Below, piece by piece: positions 9,262-17,858 of a stretch of 29,997 nt of DNA. This DNA is from Candidatus Odinarchaeota archaeon (GTDB lineage: Archaea; Asgardarchaeota; Odinarchaeia; Odinarchaeales; Odinarchaeaceae). A program made the position numbers and the translations under genes. The notes under the pieces are model-generated. The model did not search any database, was not told the origin of the DNA, and was given only the letters and a program-made list of their open reading frames with translations. Each line of letters opens with the position of its first letter. The stretch's first letter is position 1. The DNA is taken from contig JAWBON010000008.1 of NCBI GenBank assembly GCA_038826135.1, positions 1-29,997 on the forward strand. Reading direction: 5' to 3'.

Positions 9262-9714
9262 ATGGAAAACCAGAGATATGATCGAATACTCACTACACTA
9301 TGGAAGAATGATATTAAAAATATAAATGAGCATCTTCCTCAAAACCAGAAGTATTTTACAGAGCTAATTCGTGAAAAAGACCCCTCTGTTAAAAGCAGGA
9401 GCGGTGATAAAATCATATTTGATAAAAACGATTTGTTAAATTTAGATAAAATCTTAGATGAGGAGGAGAAAAACACTCTGAAACTACCTATCATATTAAT
9501 TAGGCGAATAGACTTAGGAACTGGTGTATACTCAGTGTCCGGCGGCGGCGTGGAAATACATGTTTTAAATAAAATGTTAAAAGATGTAGGGGAGCATTAT
9601 ATGCTGGAGGGTCAGCGCCCATATTTATATAAGCCATCAGTCTATAGTTTGAAAAGAAAATATAGAACTTGTATAGTTTTAGGTTTCGGGGGGTTACCAA
9701 CCAGCGAAATATAG
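9262..9714 (+). CDS. DUF61 (UPF0216) family protein
   Basis: INEHLP..K...EL..E..P...RSG......DL......LKLPIIL matches the recalled pattern of this archaeal family. Confidence 0.7.
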   Translation: MENQRYDRILTTLWKNDIKNINEHLPQNQKYFTELIREKDPSVKSRSGDKIIFDKNDLLNLDKILDEEEKNTLKLPIILIRRIDLGTGVYSVSGGGVEIHVLNKMLKDVGEHYMLEGQRPYLYKPSVYSLKRKYRTCIVLGFGGLPTSEI

Positions 9715-9755
9715 AACGTTGGTAAAAGTCATCGATTACATATAAACATATAAAA

Positions 9756-10763
9756 ATGAAGATGAGTAATCAGTTATTAAGTGTTTTTAGCAGGGGCAGG
9801 CGAGGACCTATGGAAACCCGATTAGATGAGCTTACACAGAAAACCATTAACGTATTGAAGGAAAAAGGTTACATGGTATGCCAGCAGCTTGAAAACAAGA
9901 GTTTCTGTTTCGATATAGTGGCTAGGAAAAATAATGTCGCGATTCTTATAAAAGTGTTAATTGACATAGACAATTTCCAGGAAATCCAGGCGAATGATCT
10001 GAAAATACTTTCAAAAATACTGTTTACAAAACCTTTCATCATGGGGGAGAGAACTAGAGCGGGGTTAATGGAGGATGGTGTTGTTTATCAACGTTTCAAT
10101 ATACCTGCCATAAATCTTCGGACACTTCACCATATATTAAAAGAGAATCTTTGGCCTTTAGTCTACGCTAAAAGAGGCGGCTACTATGTTAAACTAAACT
10201 CAGAGACTCTGAAGAAAATAAGAGAGACTCGTCAATTATCCTTAAAAGATATAGCTGACCTGCTGGGGGTTTCCAGAAAAGCAGTGTATGAATATGAGCG
10301 GGGGTCAATGGATACTACCCTAGAGACCGCCTCAAAACTTGAAGACGCACTTGGACTACCATTAGCTTTACCGATTGATATTATAAACTGGGAGATAGGT
10401 GAACTGCCAGAGTTTAAAAAAATCTTTAAAAACGAGTTTCAAATAATGGTTGAGAGGATTCTGAGCCGTTTAGGTCTTCACACTTTTCACGTTCAAACAG
10501 CACCCTTTGATATTCTCGCGTCATATGAAATATTTAAGCTTTTAACTAGTTTAAGCGATTCGTCTAGTCGGCAAAACCAGCAAACTATTCAAATTCTAAA
10601 CTCTCTTTCGAAACTGCTAGACTCTAATTTTATTATCGTAGTTGATGAAAACAAGGAGTCTGAGAGCGTTAACGGGGCTCCTATTATAAGCAGCGATGAA
10701 CTTAAGAAGTTTAGGAAAGCCCGTGATCTTCTTAAGAGAATAGAAGAATTAACCGGGATTTAG
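9756..10763 (+). CDS. Archaeal Cro/C1-type HTH transcriptional regulator (COG1395-like)
   Basis: N-terminal FCFDIVARK...IKVL.DID, P.IMGERTR..LMEDGVVYQRF, central HTH LKDIADLLGVSRKAVYEYERG, and a C-terminal APFD repeat domain. The start may be the ATG at 9810. Confidence 0.82.
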   Translation: MKMSNQLLSVFSRGRRGPMETRLDELTQKTINVLKEKGYMVCQQLENKSFCFDIVARKNNVAILIKVLIDIDNFQEIQANDLKILSKILFTKPFIMGERTRAGLMEDGVVYQRFNIPAINLRTLHHILKENLWPLVYAKRGGYYVKLNSETLKKIRETRQLSLKDIADLLGVSRKAVYEYERGSMDTTLETASKLEDALGLPLALPIDIINWEIGELPEFKKIFKNEFQIMVERILSRLGLHTFHVQTAPFDILASYEIFKLLTSLSDSSSRQNQQTIQILNSLSKLLDSNFIIVVDENKESESVNGAPIISSDELKKFRKARDLLKRIEELTGI

Positions 10764-10788
10764 AATCGGTAAATATGTTAGTGGTTTT

Positions 10789-11973
10789 ATGCCAGTTGAA
10801 CCTGTATTTTTCAGAGAGGGGAAAACAATTTTCCAATCTTATCCTCCTGAAAAAGCTGATAAAGGTTTTGTCCCCACTAATCTAAGAGTCTTCTACAACC
10901 CTAACATGGTATCTAACCGTGATCTAAGTATAATGGTTTGCGCGTCTCTTAGAAGAAAACTGGGTAGGCCGATCTCTGCTCTTGAACCTCTCAGCGGATG
11001 CGGTGTTAGAGGGATTAGATTAGGTAATGAATTAAAAGATTATTTTCAAAGTATTCTGTTAAATGATATTAACCCTGCAGCTTACTCGCTTATTCAAAGT
11101 AATATTCAGATTAACAGGCTGAGAAGTATCGCTTATGCTTTCAACGATGACGCTAACTCTATAATGAGATTGTTCAGCTATAGAGATTGGAGAGTAGATT
11201 ACATTGATATCGATCCGTTCGGCTCCCCTGCCCCGTATATTAATTCAGCTATAAGCGTGGCGAAAATAGGTTCCTCAATTCTAGCTTTCACCGCCACCGA
11301 TATGTCTGTTCTATGCGGATTATATCCGGCTAAAGCTTTTTCAAAATACGGTGGGGTATCGTTGAGAACAGACGACTCTCATGAAACCGCGTTGAGAATG
11401 CTATTATATAATATTAGTTTGGTAGCTGGTGGCTGTGAACTATCAGTAAAGCCGCTTATATCTTACTATGCAGACCACTATGTGAGGGTTTATCTATCTG
11501 TGGTTAAAGGACCGTTGGATATTAAGAGTAAAACAGGTTATATTGAATATTGTTTAAAATGTTTATACAAGTCTTTAATTCCTGTGATAGAAAATTTTAA
11601 TAGAAACTGTCCTTTATGCGGCGCCAGACTTGCCTATTCAGGCCCTGTTTGGACTGGTCAAATATGTGATGAAGAATTTGTAAAAGATGTTTTAACCATG
11701 GAGGGTTTAAATTATCTACCGAGTTTTAATCGCGTAAGAAATATTTTAGCAACATTAATAATGGAAAACAATATGCCACCATACCATTACGATGTTCATG
11801 TTCTATGCGATCTAATGCAGGTTAAAATCCCTAAACTTAACGCTCTACTTAAAAATCTTTCAGATAACGGTTACAGGGCTACTGGAACCCATTTCACTAA
11901 AATAGGAATCAAAACAGATGCGCCTATAAATATTATAAAAAAGTTTCTATCCTCCTCTCCCCCTGAATCTTAA
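10789..11973 (+). CDS. trm1: tRNA (guanine-26-N2,N2)-dimethyltransferase
   Basis: VFYNPNMVSNRDLS, EPLSGCGVRGIR, DIDPFGSPAPY, TATD..VLCG, HYVRV, a CxxC...CxxC zinc site, and GP.WTG. Confidence 0.93.
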   Translation: MPVEPVFFREGKTIFQSYPPEKADKGFVPTNLRVFYNPNMVSNRDLSIMVCASLRRKLGRPISALEPLSGCGVRGIRLGNELKDYFQSILLNDINPAAYSLIQSNIQINRLRSIAYAFNDDANSIMRLFSYRDWRVDYIDIDPFGSPAPYINSAISVAKIGSSILAFTATDMSVLCGLYPAKAFSKYGGVSLRTDDSHETALRMLLYNISLVAGGCELSVKPLISYYADHYVRVYLSVVKGPLDIKSKTGYIEYCLKCLYKSLIPVIENFNRNCPLCGARLAYSGPVWTGQICDEEFVKDVLTMEGLNYLPSFNRVRNILATLIMENNMPPYHYDVHVLCDLMQVKIPKLNALLKNLSDNGYRATGTHFTKIGIKTDAPINIIKKFLSSSPPES

Positions 11974-12555
11974 ACCGATAACGTAAACCTCTGAGCTGGC
12001 GCGTCTGGACGCCTCCGGCTTTGTTATAATAACTTTAAAGAACATGTTGTTCATTTTATTTATGTACTCTTTGAATAACTCTCCTTGGAAAACTTTTACT
12101 ATGAATGATCCCTCAGTTTTTAAAACTTTTGAAGCTATTTCTAATGATTTTTCAGCTAGGTAGATTTGTCTAGCGTGATCAAGCTCCCAGTTACCGCTCA
12201 CATTAGGACTGCAATCTGATGTTACAACATCAAACTCGTTGCAAATATTTCTAATTCTTTCAACAGTATCCGACTCGGTTATATCGCCTAAGATAAACTT
12301 AACTTTTTCAATCTCAGCTATCGGTTGAATGTCAACTCCTACGAGTAAGCCGCTTGCCCCTATGATATCTTTTATTGAAAGCAACCATCCGCCTGGCGCT
12401 GAGCCGAGGTCTAACACCCGGTCGCCGGATTTTATAATATTATATTTCTCGTTTAACTGTTTTATTTTAAAAGCTGCTCTTGAACGCAGATTCTCTTTTT
12501 TAGCAAGTTTATAGTAGCGTTCTCTTCTCCTCTCTTTAAGCCACCTTCTAGTCAC
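11947..12555 (-). CDS. rlmE: 23S rRNA (U2552-2'-O)-methyltransferase RlmE/FtsJ
   Basis: YYKLAKKENLRSRAAFKI, VLDLGSAPGGW, SDCSPNVSG, FIVKVFQG, and KPEASRRASSEVY. Confidence 0.93.
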   Translation of the reverse strand: MTRRWLKERRRERYYKLAKKENLRSRAAFKIKQLNEKYNIIKSGDRVLDLGSAPGGWLLSIKDIIGASGLLVGVDIQPIAEIEKVKFILGDITESDTVERIRNICNEFDVVTSDCSPNVSGNWELDHARQIYLAEKSLEIASKVLKTEGSFIVKVFQGELFKEYINKMNNMFFKVIITKPEASRRASSEVYVIGLRFRGRGG

Positions 12556-12577
12556 CGGATCACCGTTTCATGTTTAG

Positions 12578-13447
12578 CTATCTAAAATAAGTTTTTTCAA
12601 CTCTGCATAAATAGTCTGCTATTTTATCACCTACCTTTTCGAATGCGCCTTTGAATCCGAAGAATGGGTTAGCTTCTAAAAAATAGGTTTCACCGTCCGC
12701 GCCTGGAAGGGTGTCAACCCCGCACATTTCTAACCCCAGTACTGTTTTAATCTTTTTAGCAATGTTTTCAGACTCTTTAAAGAAGCGTGAAGCTGAAGGA
12801 TTATTAGCTATAAAATCGCTTCTAGAGCAGGATATACCTCCTAAATGTATATTATACCGGAAATCTTTAGCGTTCATTCGCGCATACTGGGAGACAACAT
12901 CTTCACCGATTATAACTGTTCTTATATCGTATCCTAAGTTTTCTATGAATTTCTGAATTAAAACGTAGCCGTCTGTCTTTAACCGGTTTTTAATCAGCTT
13001 CATAGAGCCGGCTTTAATTTTGAAAACGCCTCTACCCCCACCGCCTATAAGCGGTTTGCACACAACCGTCTTATGATAGTCTATAAATCTTTTGATTTCG
13101 TTCTCGTTAGATGTTAATATCGTAGGCGCTATTTTAACGCTGGGCTCTCTCTTTTTAATTAGAGAATACAAGGTTAACTTATCACATTTTCTAAGGCTTT
13201 CAGATGATGGTATAACTTTCAACCCCTGCTCCTCCGCCTCCTCAATTAATGTTAATAGGAGAATAGGCATGTCCTTAAATCTCAGCGGCGGAGGTGTTCT
13301 AATAATCATAAGCTTGTATTCACTGTAATCCATTGGTTGGCGGATCTGACTCCAGGATAAAAAATTGAAAACTGCTTTTTTAATTCTTAAATATTTTATT
13401 ATTTCCTTTGACTCGAATGTTTCAGGTTTTCCAACTAATAACATCAA
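12578..13447 (-). CDS. RimK/LysX-family ATP-grasp ligase
   Basis: KP..GGGGRGV, LIQKFI, DIRTVII, FRYNIHLGG, GVD, and FLEANP. Confidence 0.82.
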   Translation of the reverse strand: MMLLVGKPETFESKEIIKYLRIKKAVFNFLSWSQIRQPMDYSEYKLMIIRTPPPLRFKDMPILLLTLIEEAEEQGLKVIPSSESLRKCDKLTLYSLIKKREPSVKIAPTILTSNENEIKRFIDYHKTVVCKPLIGGGGRGVFKIKAGSMKLIKNRLKTDGYVLIQKFIENLGYDIRTVIIGEDVVSQYARMNAKDFRYNIHLGGISCSRSDFIANNPSASRFFKESENIAKKIKTVLGLEMCGVDTLPGADGETYFLEANPFFGFKGAFEKVGDKIADYLCRVEKTYFR

Positions 13448-15741
13448 TCTGTAAAGCTCTCCCTCGTATTTTTTAGAAGCAGGTACCCGACAGATTGACC
13501 GAAAGATAAACCCCCATCCCCTGGTGGTGTGAATCTATGTGTAACCAGTTTAAGCCCCTCTCTCTCAATATTTCTTTTAATAATTTTTGAAATAATCTCA
13601 TTGTATGCCACCCCGCCTGATAATCCTACCGTGTCAATATTTTTTTCAAAGCAGTATCTTACAGCTAACTCTGATAATCCCTCCCCCAGGTAATTCATAG
13701 CAGTGTACGCTAAATCCGCTTTTCTATGTTTATCTCTTTCCCTGAATATTTCTCTAATAAATTCAGTTATTTTTAACTTATCTCGATCAATAACCGGTTT
13801 AAAGTCAATCACCGTCTTACCCTTATACCCTGCTGACTCAAGTTTTATAGCAGGCTCCCCCTCATAGCTTCTATAATAGCAGATTCCAAGTATCGCTGAC
13901 ACACAGTCTAAGAATCGACCTGCGGAGGATGTTTTCAAAATTTTACTCGAGTTTAACATTTTATGAATTGTATTCACCTCAGCTAAACCATAGGGGAATT
14001 TTTCAACATGTTCCCCTATCCAGCTCTCATAACCCTTCTCCCCGAATAGGATCCCCATAGCTATTCTTAAAGGAAATTTTGTAGCTGCATCCCCTCCCGG
14101 GAGAGGGAACTCTTCAATATGGCCGAGTCTTTTAAACCCGTCTTCCTGGAATGTCACAATCTCCCCGCCCCAAGCTTCACCGTTATCGCCTAAACCGAAC
14201 CCGTCTATTATAATACCTACCATCGGTTTCAACTCATTTTCACCCATCAAACCCGCTAGGTGCGCGTAATGGTGCTGCACTCTGAGTAGTGGAATATTTA
14301 ACTCGTCTGCTAAGCGTTGAGCATAAAGACTGGTATTGAAACCGGTGTGAAGGTCGCATGTTACTGCTTGAAAATCTGTTTTTAAAATTTTTTTAAAATG
14401 CTCTAAACTATCCATGTAGAACTTGAATGTCTCGTATTTCTGGGTTTTCCCTATATATTGAGATAGGAAGGCTTTACCATCCTTTATGATACAGAAGGTT
14501 ACATTCTCCTCACCACCGCATCCTAAAATAATCGGTGTTTTTTCACTCAACCATGAAAGTTCAATAGGCTGCGGAACGTAACCTCTAGATCTCCTTAACA
14601 GGAAGGGTTTATCATAATGATATCTAACCACAGAGTCGTCAGCTCTTTGAACTATCTCCCTGTTATGAAGTATAAAATAGTCTACGTACCTACCGAGTTT
14701 TGATATAGCGGATTCGTTATCGATGGCTATAGGCTCATCCTGCGGATTAGCGCTCGTCATAACTATAGCAGGTTCACTGCATGTTTTGAAAATTAGGTAG
14801 TGTAAACCAGTGTAGGGGAGCATAACCCCTATATTGTGAAGACCGGGTGCGATTTCCTCCGATAAGTAGAAGTCGTCTCTCTTATTTAAGAGAACTATTG
14901 GTCGAATATATGATTGTAGAAGCGTCTGCTCGTGCTCTGACACTTGAGCATAGCTTCTGATCTTTTCAATATTAGGCGACATTACCGCGAACGGCTTAGA
15001 TGGACGGCGCTTTCTCTCTCTTAACCTTAATATCGGCTCAGAGTTAATAGTTGAGGTTGAAAAATGAAAGCCCCCGTTACCTTTCACTCCGAGTATGTAA
15101 CCCTCCTCTATGAGTTTTACAGCTTCAACAACAGGGTCCTCGCAATCTATTAACTCACCGTGTCTGTCGGTTAAATAAACTTTAGGACCGCAATCAGGAC
15201 AGGCGATGGTTTGAGCGTGGTATCTCCTATTTAAAGGATCCTTGTATTCCTGTAAGCACTTATCACACATTGGGAAATTCCGCATAGAAGTTCTAGGCCT
15301 ATCATAGGGCAGGGCGTGTATGATTGTGAATCTGGGACCGCAGTGAGTGCAAGTTATAAAAAAATAGTTTCTTCTCCTATTATTTTCTTCAAATAATTCG
15401 TTTAAGCATTCACTGCATATAGAGATGTCCGGTGGAATTATAGAGCTGCCGCTTCTCTCATCCTCAGAGCTGGATAATATCTTGAAATCACTGTAATCGG
15501 ATTCTCTCTCAATTTTCTCCACAGTTATTTTCTCGATCTCACATATCGGCGGTTTTTCAACTTTGAGCTTAGAGATAAACTCGTCTATTTTTGTTTTAGA
15601 GCCTGCTGTGTAAATTTCCACGGTTCCATTACCCAGATTCTTCACATACCCGTTTAAGCCTAGTGCTTTAGCCAACCTGTATACGTAAGGTCGGAAACCA
15701 ACTCCCTGTACTGTCCCAGACACTATTATTTTAACATCCAA
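13444..15741 (-). CDS. hypF: [NiFe]-hydrogenase maturation carbamoyltransferase HypF
   Basis: Acylphosphatase domain (VSGTVQGVGFRP), two zinc fingers (C..C...CTHCGPR; C..C...ACPDCGP), KG.GGFH, QHHYAH, and PPGDGGLSFGQ. Confidence 0.95.
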   Translation of the reverse strand: MDVKIIVSGTVQGVGFRPYVYRLAKALGLNGYVKNLGNGTVEIYTAGSKTKIDEFISKLKVEKPPICEIEKITVEKIERESDYSDFKILSSSEDERSGSSIIPPDISICSECLNELFEENNRRRNYFFITCTHCGPRFTIIHALPYDRPRTSMRNFPMCDKCLQEYKDPLNRRYHAQTIACPDCGPKVYLTDRHGELIDCEDPVVEAVKLIEEGYILGVKGNGGFHFSTSTINSEPILRLRERKRRPSKPFAVMSPNIEKIRSYAQVSEHEQTLLQSYIRPIVLLNKRDDFYLSEEIAPGLHNIGVMLPYTGLHYLIFKTCSEPAIVMTSANPQDEPIAIDNESAISKLGRYVDYFILHNREIVQRADDSVVRYHYDKPFLLRRSRGYVPQPIELSWLSEKTPIILGCGGEENVTFCIIKDGKAFLSQYIGKTQKYETFKFYMDSLEHFKKILKTDFQAVTCDLHTGFNTSLYAQRLADELNIPLLRVQHHYAHLAGLMGENELKPMVGIIIDGFGLGDNGEAWGGEIVTFQEDGFKRLGHIEEFPLPGGDAATKFPLRIAMGILFGEKGYESWIGEHVEKFPYGLAEVNTIHKMLNSSKILKTSSAGRFLDCVSAILGICYYRSYEGEPAIKLESAGYKGKTVIDFKPVIDRDKLKITEFIREIFRERDKHRKADLAYTAMNYLGEGLSELAVRYCFEKNIDTVGLSGGVAYNEIISKIIKRNIEREGLKLVTHRFTPPGDGGLSFGQSVGYLLLKNTRESFTD

Positions 15742-15806
15742 GCAACTACACCCAGAGACTAAATATTTTTAGAAACGGTTAAAGCAGGTTTCTGCTAAAT
15801 AAGTGT

Positions 15807-17225
15807 TTATGTGAAGGAGGGGCGGGAGGATAGCAGGGCTGGTAAAGGTGTTTTTTTAAACGGTTTACCAGCGGTTTCATTTTTAATTATATTGATAAGT
15901 TCTTCTAAAGACAGTTCTACTATGGTAGGCTCCCTCTCAGTTGATAATAACCTGTTTCTCACAGTGAGTTTACCTTTTTCAGCCTCTTTATCCCCTAATA
16001 TAACTATGTAGGGCGCCCAGTCTCTTCTCTCAGCGTCCATTATTTTTTTACCTATACTTTTATCCCTGTCATCTATATCCGCTCGTATATTATTCGCCTC
16101 TAAACTCTGCTGTATTTTTTTAGCGAAGTCTATATGCCTGTCAGCTACTGGTATTAGTCTAACCTGGGTTGGTGACAACCATAATGGTAGTGTGGGGAGT
16201 TTTGAATTCATCTTATTTTTAAGAGCTGTTTCGAGAAGAGCGTATATCACTCTCTCAATGCTACCCATAGAGCTATGAAGTATTATACACCCTTTTTTCC
16301 CCCCGTCTTCATCAGCGTATCTTATTCCATATCTCTCAGCATCTTCAACGTCTAATTGAACTGTTGATAGCTGAGCGTTCCCGCCTACACTGTCAATCAC
16401 CTGGTATTCTGATTTAAGAGCCCAGTAATGTTTCATAGATGGTATTATCTCAACCAGCGCTCTCTTACCGATCAGGCTGATGAGGTTTTTAAGAAATAAT
16501 TTCTGTTCTTCAAAGTATTTTTTAACAACCCTGAAAACTAGCACGTAGCTGATACTTAAACCAGTAAGGAGATTGTGATAGAATTTTGTTAAGTTAATAT
16601 ATTCTTCAAGTCCCTGTTTGAAATCTCTGCAGAAACAGTGTAGGTCTGGCATGGTAAATGATCTCAGCCTTCTTAAACCAACACACTCCCCTCTTTTTTC
16701 TAATCTGAATGAGGGGGATAGTTCGAAAATCCTGACAGGCATCTGTTTATAACTGATTTGAGTGTCTCTCATCATCTTGAATAATCCGAAATCCCCAGCA
16801 AACCTGAGGAGCAGTGTCTTATTCCCTATTTTTAATCTATAATCTTTTTCAACGAATTTATCCGCCTGCTCTTTTATATCAGGCTCATCGTACCTGTACA
16901 TTATAGGTGTTTCAATCCTGATTGCGTTAAGCCATTCAGTAGCTGCCCATGCAGCATAATCTTCTATAAGTGATTTTAGGAATGCTCCTTTAGGGTACCA
17001 TCTGAAATGGCCTACATCACTAGCGGGTTCATAATCGACTAATTCTAGTTGTCTAAGATACTGGATGTGTTTAGGCGGCTCTGTGCAGAGACCGCCTATT
17101 TCCTCACTTATAATATACTGTCTTAGTTCAGGATCGTTCTTAACAGGCGGGCACTCATCTATGTTTTTTAAGTCTAGTTTAAACTCTCCTCCACTAGGCT
17201 CTATGATTAAGTGTCTGCTAGGCAT
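15807..17225 (-). CDS. thrS: Threonine--tRNA ligase, archaeal type, lacking the N-terminal editing domain
   Basis: ELVDYEP.SD.G..RWYPKG, motif 2 FRLEKRGEC.GLRRLRSFTMPDLH, LHSSMGSIER, and an anticodon-binding domain (WLSPTQVRLIPV). It is only 472 aa and has an in-frame TGA four codons upstream of the ATG. Confidence 0.92.
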   Translation of the reverse strand: MPSRHLIIEPSGGEFKLDLKNIDECPPVKNDPELRQYIISEEIGGLCTEPPKHIQYLRQLELVDYEPASDVGHFRWYPKGAFLKSLIEDYAAWAATEWLNAIRIETPIMYRYDEPDIKEQADKFVEKDYRLKIGNKTLLLRFAGDFGLFKMMRDTQISYKQMPVRIFELSPSFRLEKRGECVGLRRLRSFTMPDLHCFCRDFKQGLEEYINLTKFYHNLLTGLSISYVLVFRVVKKYFEEQKLFLKNLISLIGKRALVEIIPSMKHYWALKSEYQVIDSVGGNAQLSTVQLDVEDAERYGIRYADEDGGKKGCIILHSSMGSIERVIYALLETALKNKMNSKLPTLPLWLSPTQVRLIPVADRHIDFAKKIQQSLEANNIRADIDDRDKSIGKKIMDAERRDWAPYIVILGDKEAEKGKLTVRNRLLSTEREPTIVELSLEELINIIKNETAGKPFKKTPLPALLSSRPSFT

Positions 17226-17420
17226 ACTCTCATCTCATATTAGGCTGTCAAAGCGTTTAAACAAGGTAAACTCTTCAACTATTTTAATTTTTTCAAAAAA
17301 CATCTTGATTTTTCACAATTGAATATTCTTGTATAAATATATCAAATAGTTTTTATACAACTTGATATGAAAATAGTAAAATAATATTTTTATGGAATAA
17401 AATTATTAGGAGTGGTTTTA

Positions 17421-17600
17421 ATGGCAGATAGTTTAATAGTTAAAGCAGCTGTTAAGGAATTAATAAATAAGCATGATATGAAAGCATCATCAGACGTCAT
17501 AGACGCGGCTTTAAATAAGGCCGTTGAAGCCCACATAATGAAGGCTATTGAGAGAGCTAAAGCGAATAACAGGAAGACTGTTCTACCACAAGATCTCTGA
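17421..17600 (+). CDS. Short histone-fold protein (Bd0055/face-to-face type)
   Basis: MADSLIVKAAVKELI...AIERAKANNRKTVLPQDL*, with the RKT(x4)D histone L2 motif. SD-like AGGAGTGG precedes the ATG at 17421 (59 aa). Confidence 0.85.
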   Translation: MADSLIVKAAVKELINKHDMKASSDVIDAALNKAVEAHIMKAIERAKANNRKTVLPQDL

Positions 17601-17654
17601 AAATCTTTTTACCGTTCTTATTTTTTTAAATTTTTTATGGTGCGCCCGGTGAGA

Positions 17655-17676
17655 CTTTCGAAAAGCAGTGCTTTTT
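17655..17676 (-). other. Non-canonical T-loop (59/60) tRNA intron (22 nt)
   Basis: AAAAAGCACTGCTTTTCGAAAG. It forms a strict BHB: central helix UUCG/CGAA, bulges AA|A and AG|U, inner helix AAAAGC/GCUUUU. Removal restores the T-loop TTCGAAT. Confidence 0.88.
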
Positions 17677-17698
17677 TTCGAACTCACGGCTTCGGCCT

Positions 17699-17714
17699 AT
17701 CTGTGAATGAATCA
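17699..17714 (-). other. Canonical 37/38 tRNA intron (16 nt)
   Basis: TGATTCATTCACAGAT lies between G37 and A38. It forms a relaxed BHB with one C.A mismatch in the central helix. Confidence 0.85.
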
Positions 17715-17858
17715 CCGCAGGGCCGCGCAATATCCTGGCTATGCCACGGGCGCGTTTCAAAACCACTAGTTAACTATCAATAAACATTATTTAACTCTTA
17801 TTTTAGAGTGTTTAAACATTGGAAACGGTTTTAACCAGTTATCGATAAATATAATTTC

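Larger units (their letters stand above)
17638..17753 (-). tRNA. tRNA-Arg(GCG) with two introns; CCA encoded
   Basis: Minus strand: acceptor GCGCCCG/CGGGCGC, D-loop with A20, anticodon stem CGGCC/GGCCG around CU-GCG-G|A, T-stem GTGAG/CTCAC, then A73-CCA. Confidence 0.93.

Noticed and set aside
11947-11973. Convergent 3' overlaps (trm1/rlmE 27 nt; hypD/hypE 14 nt at 21355-21368)
   Set aside because: These are common in compact archaeal genomes, and nothing points to specific antisense regulation.
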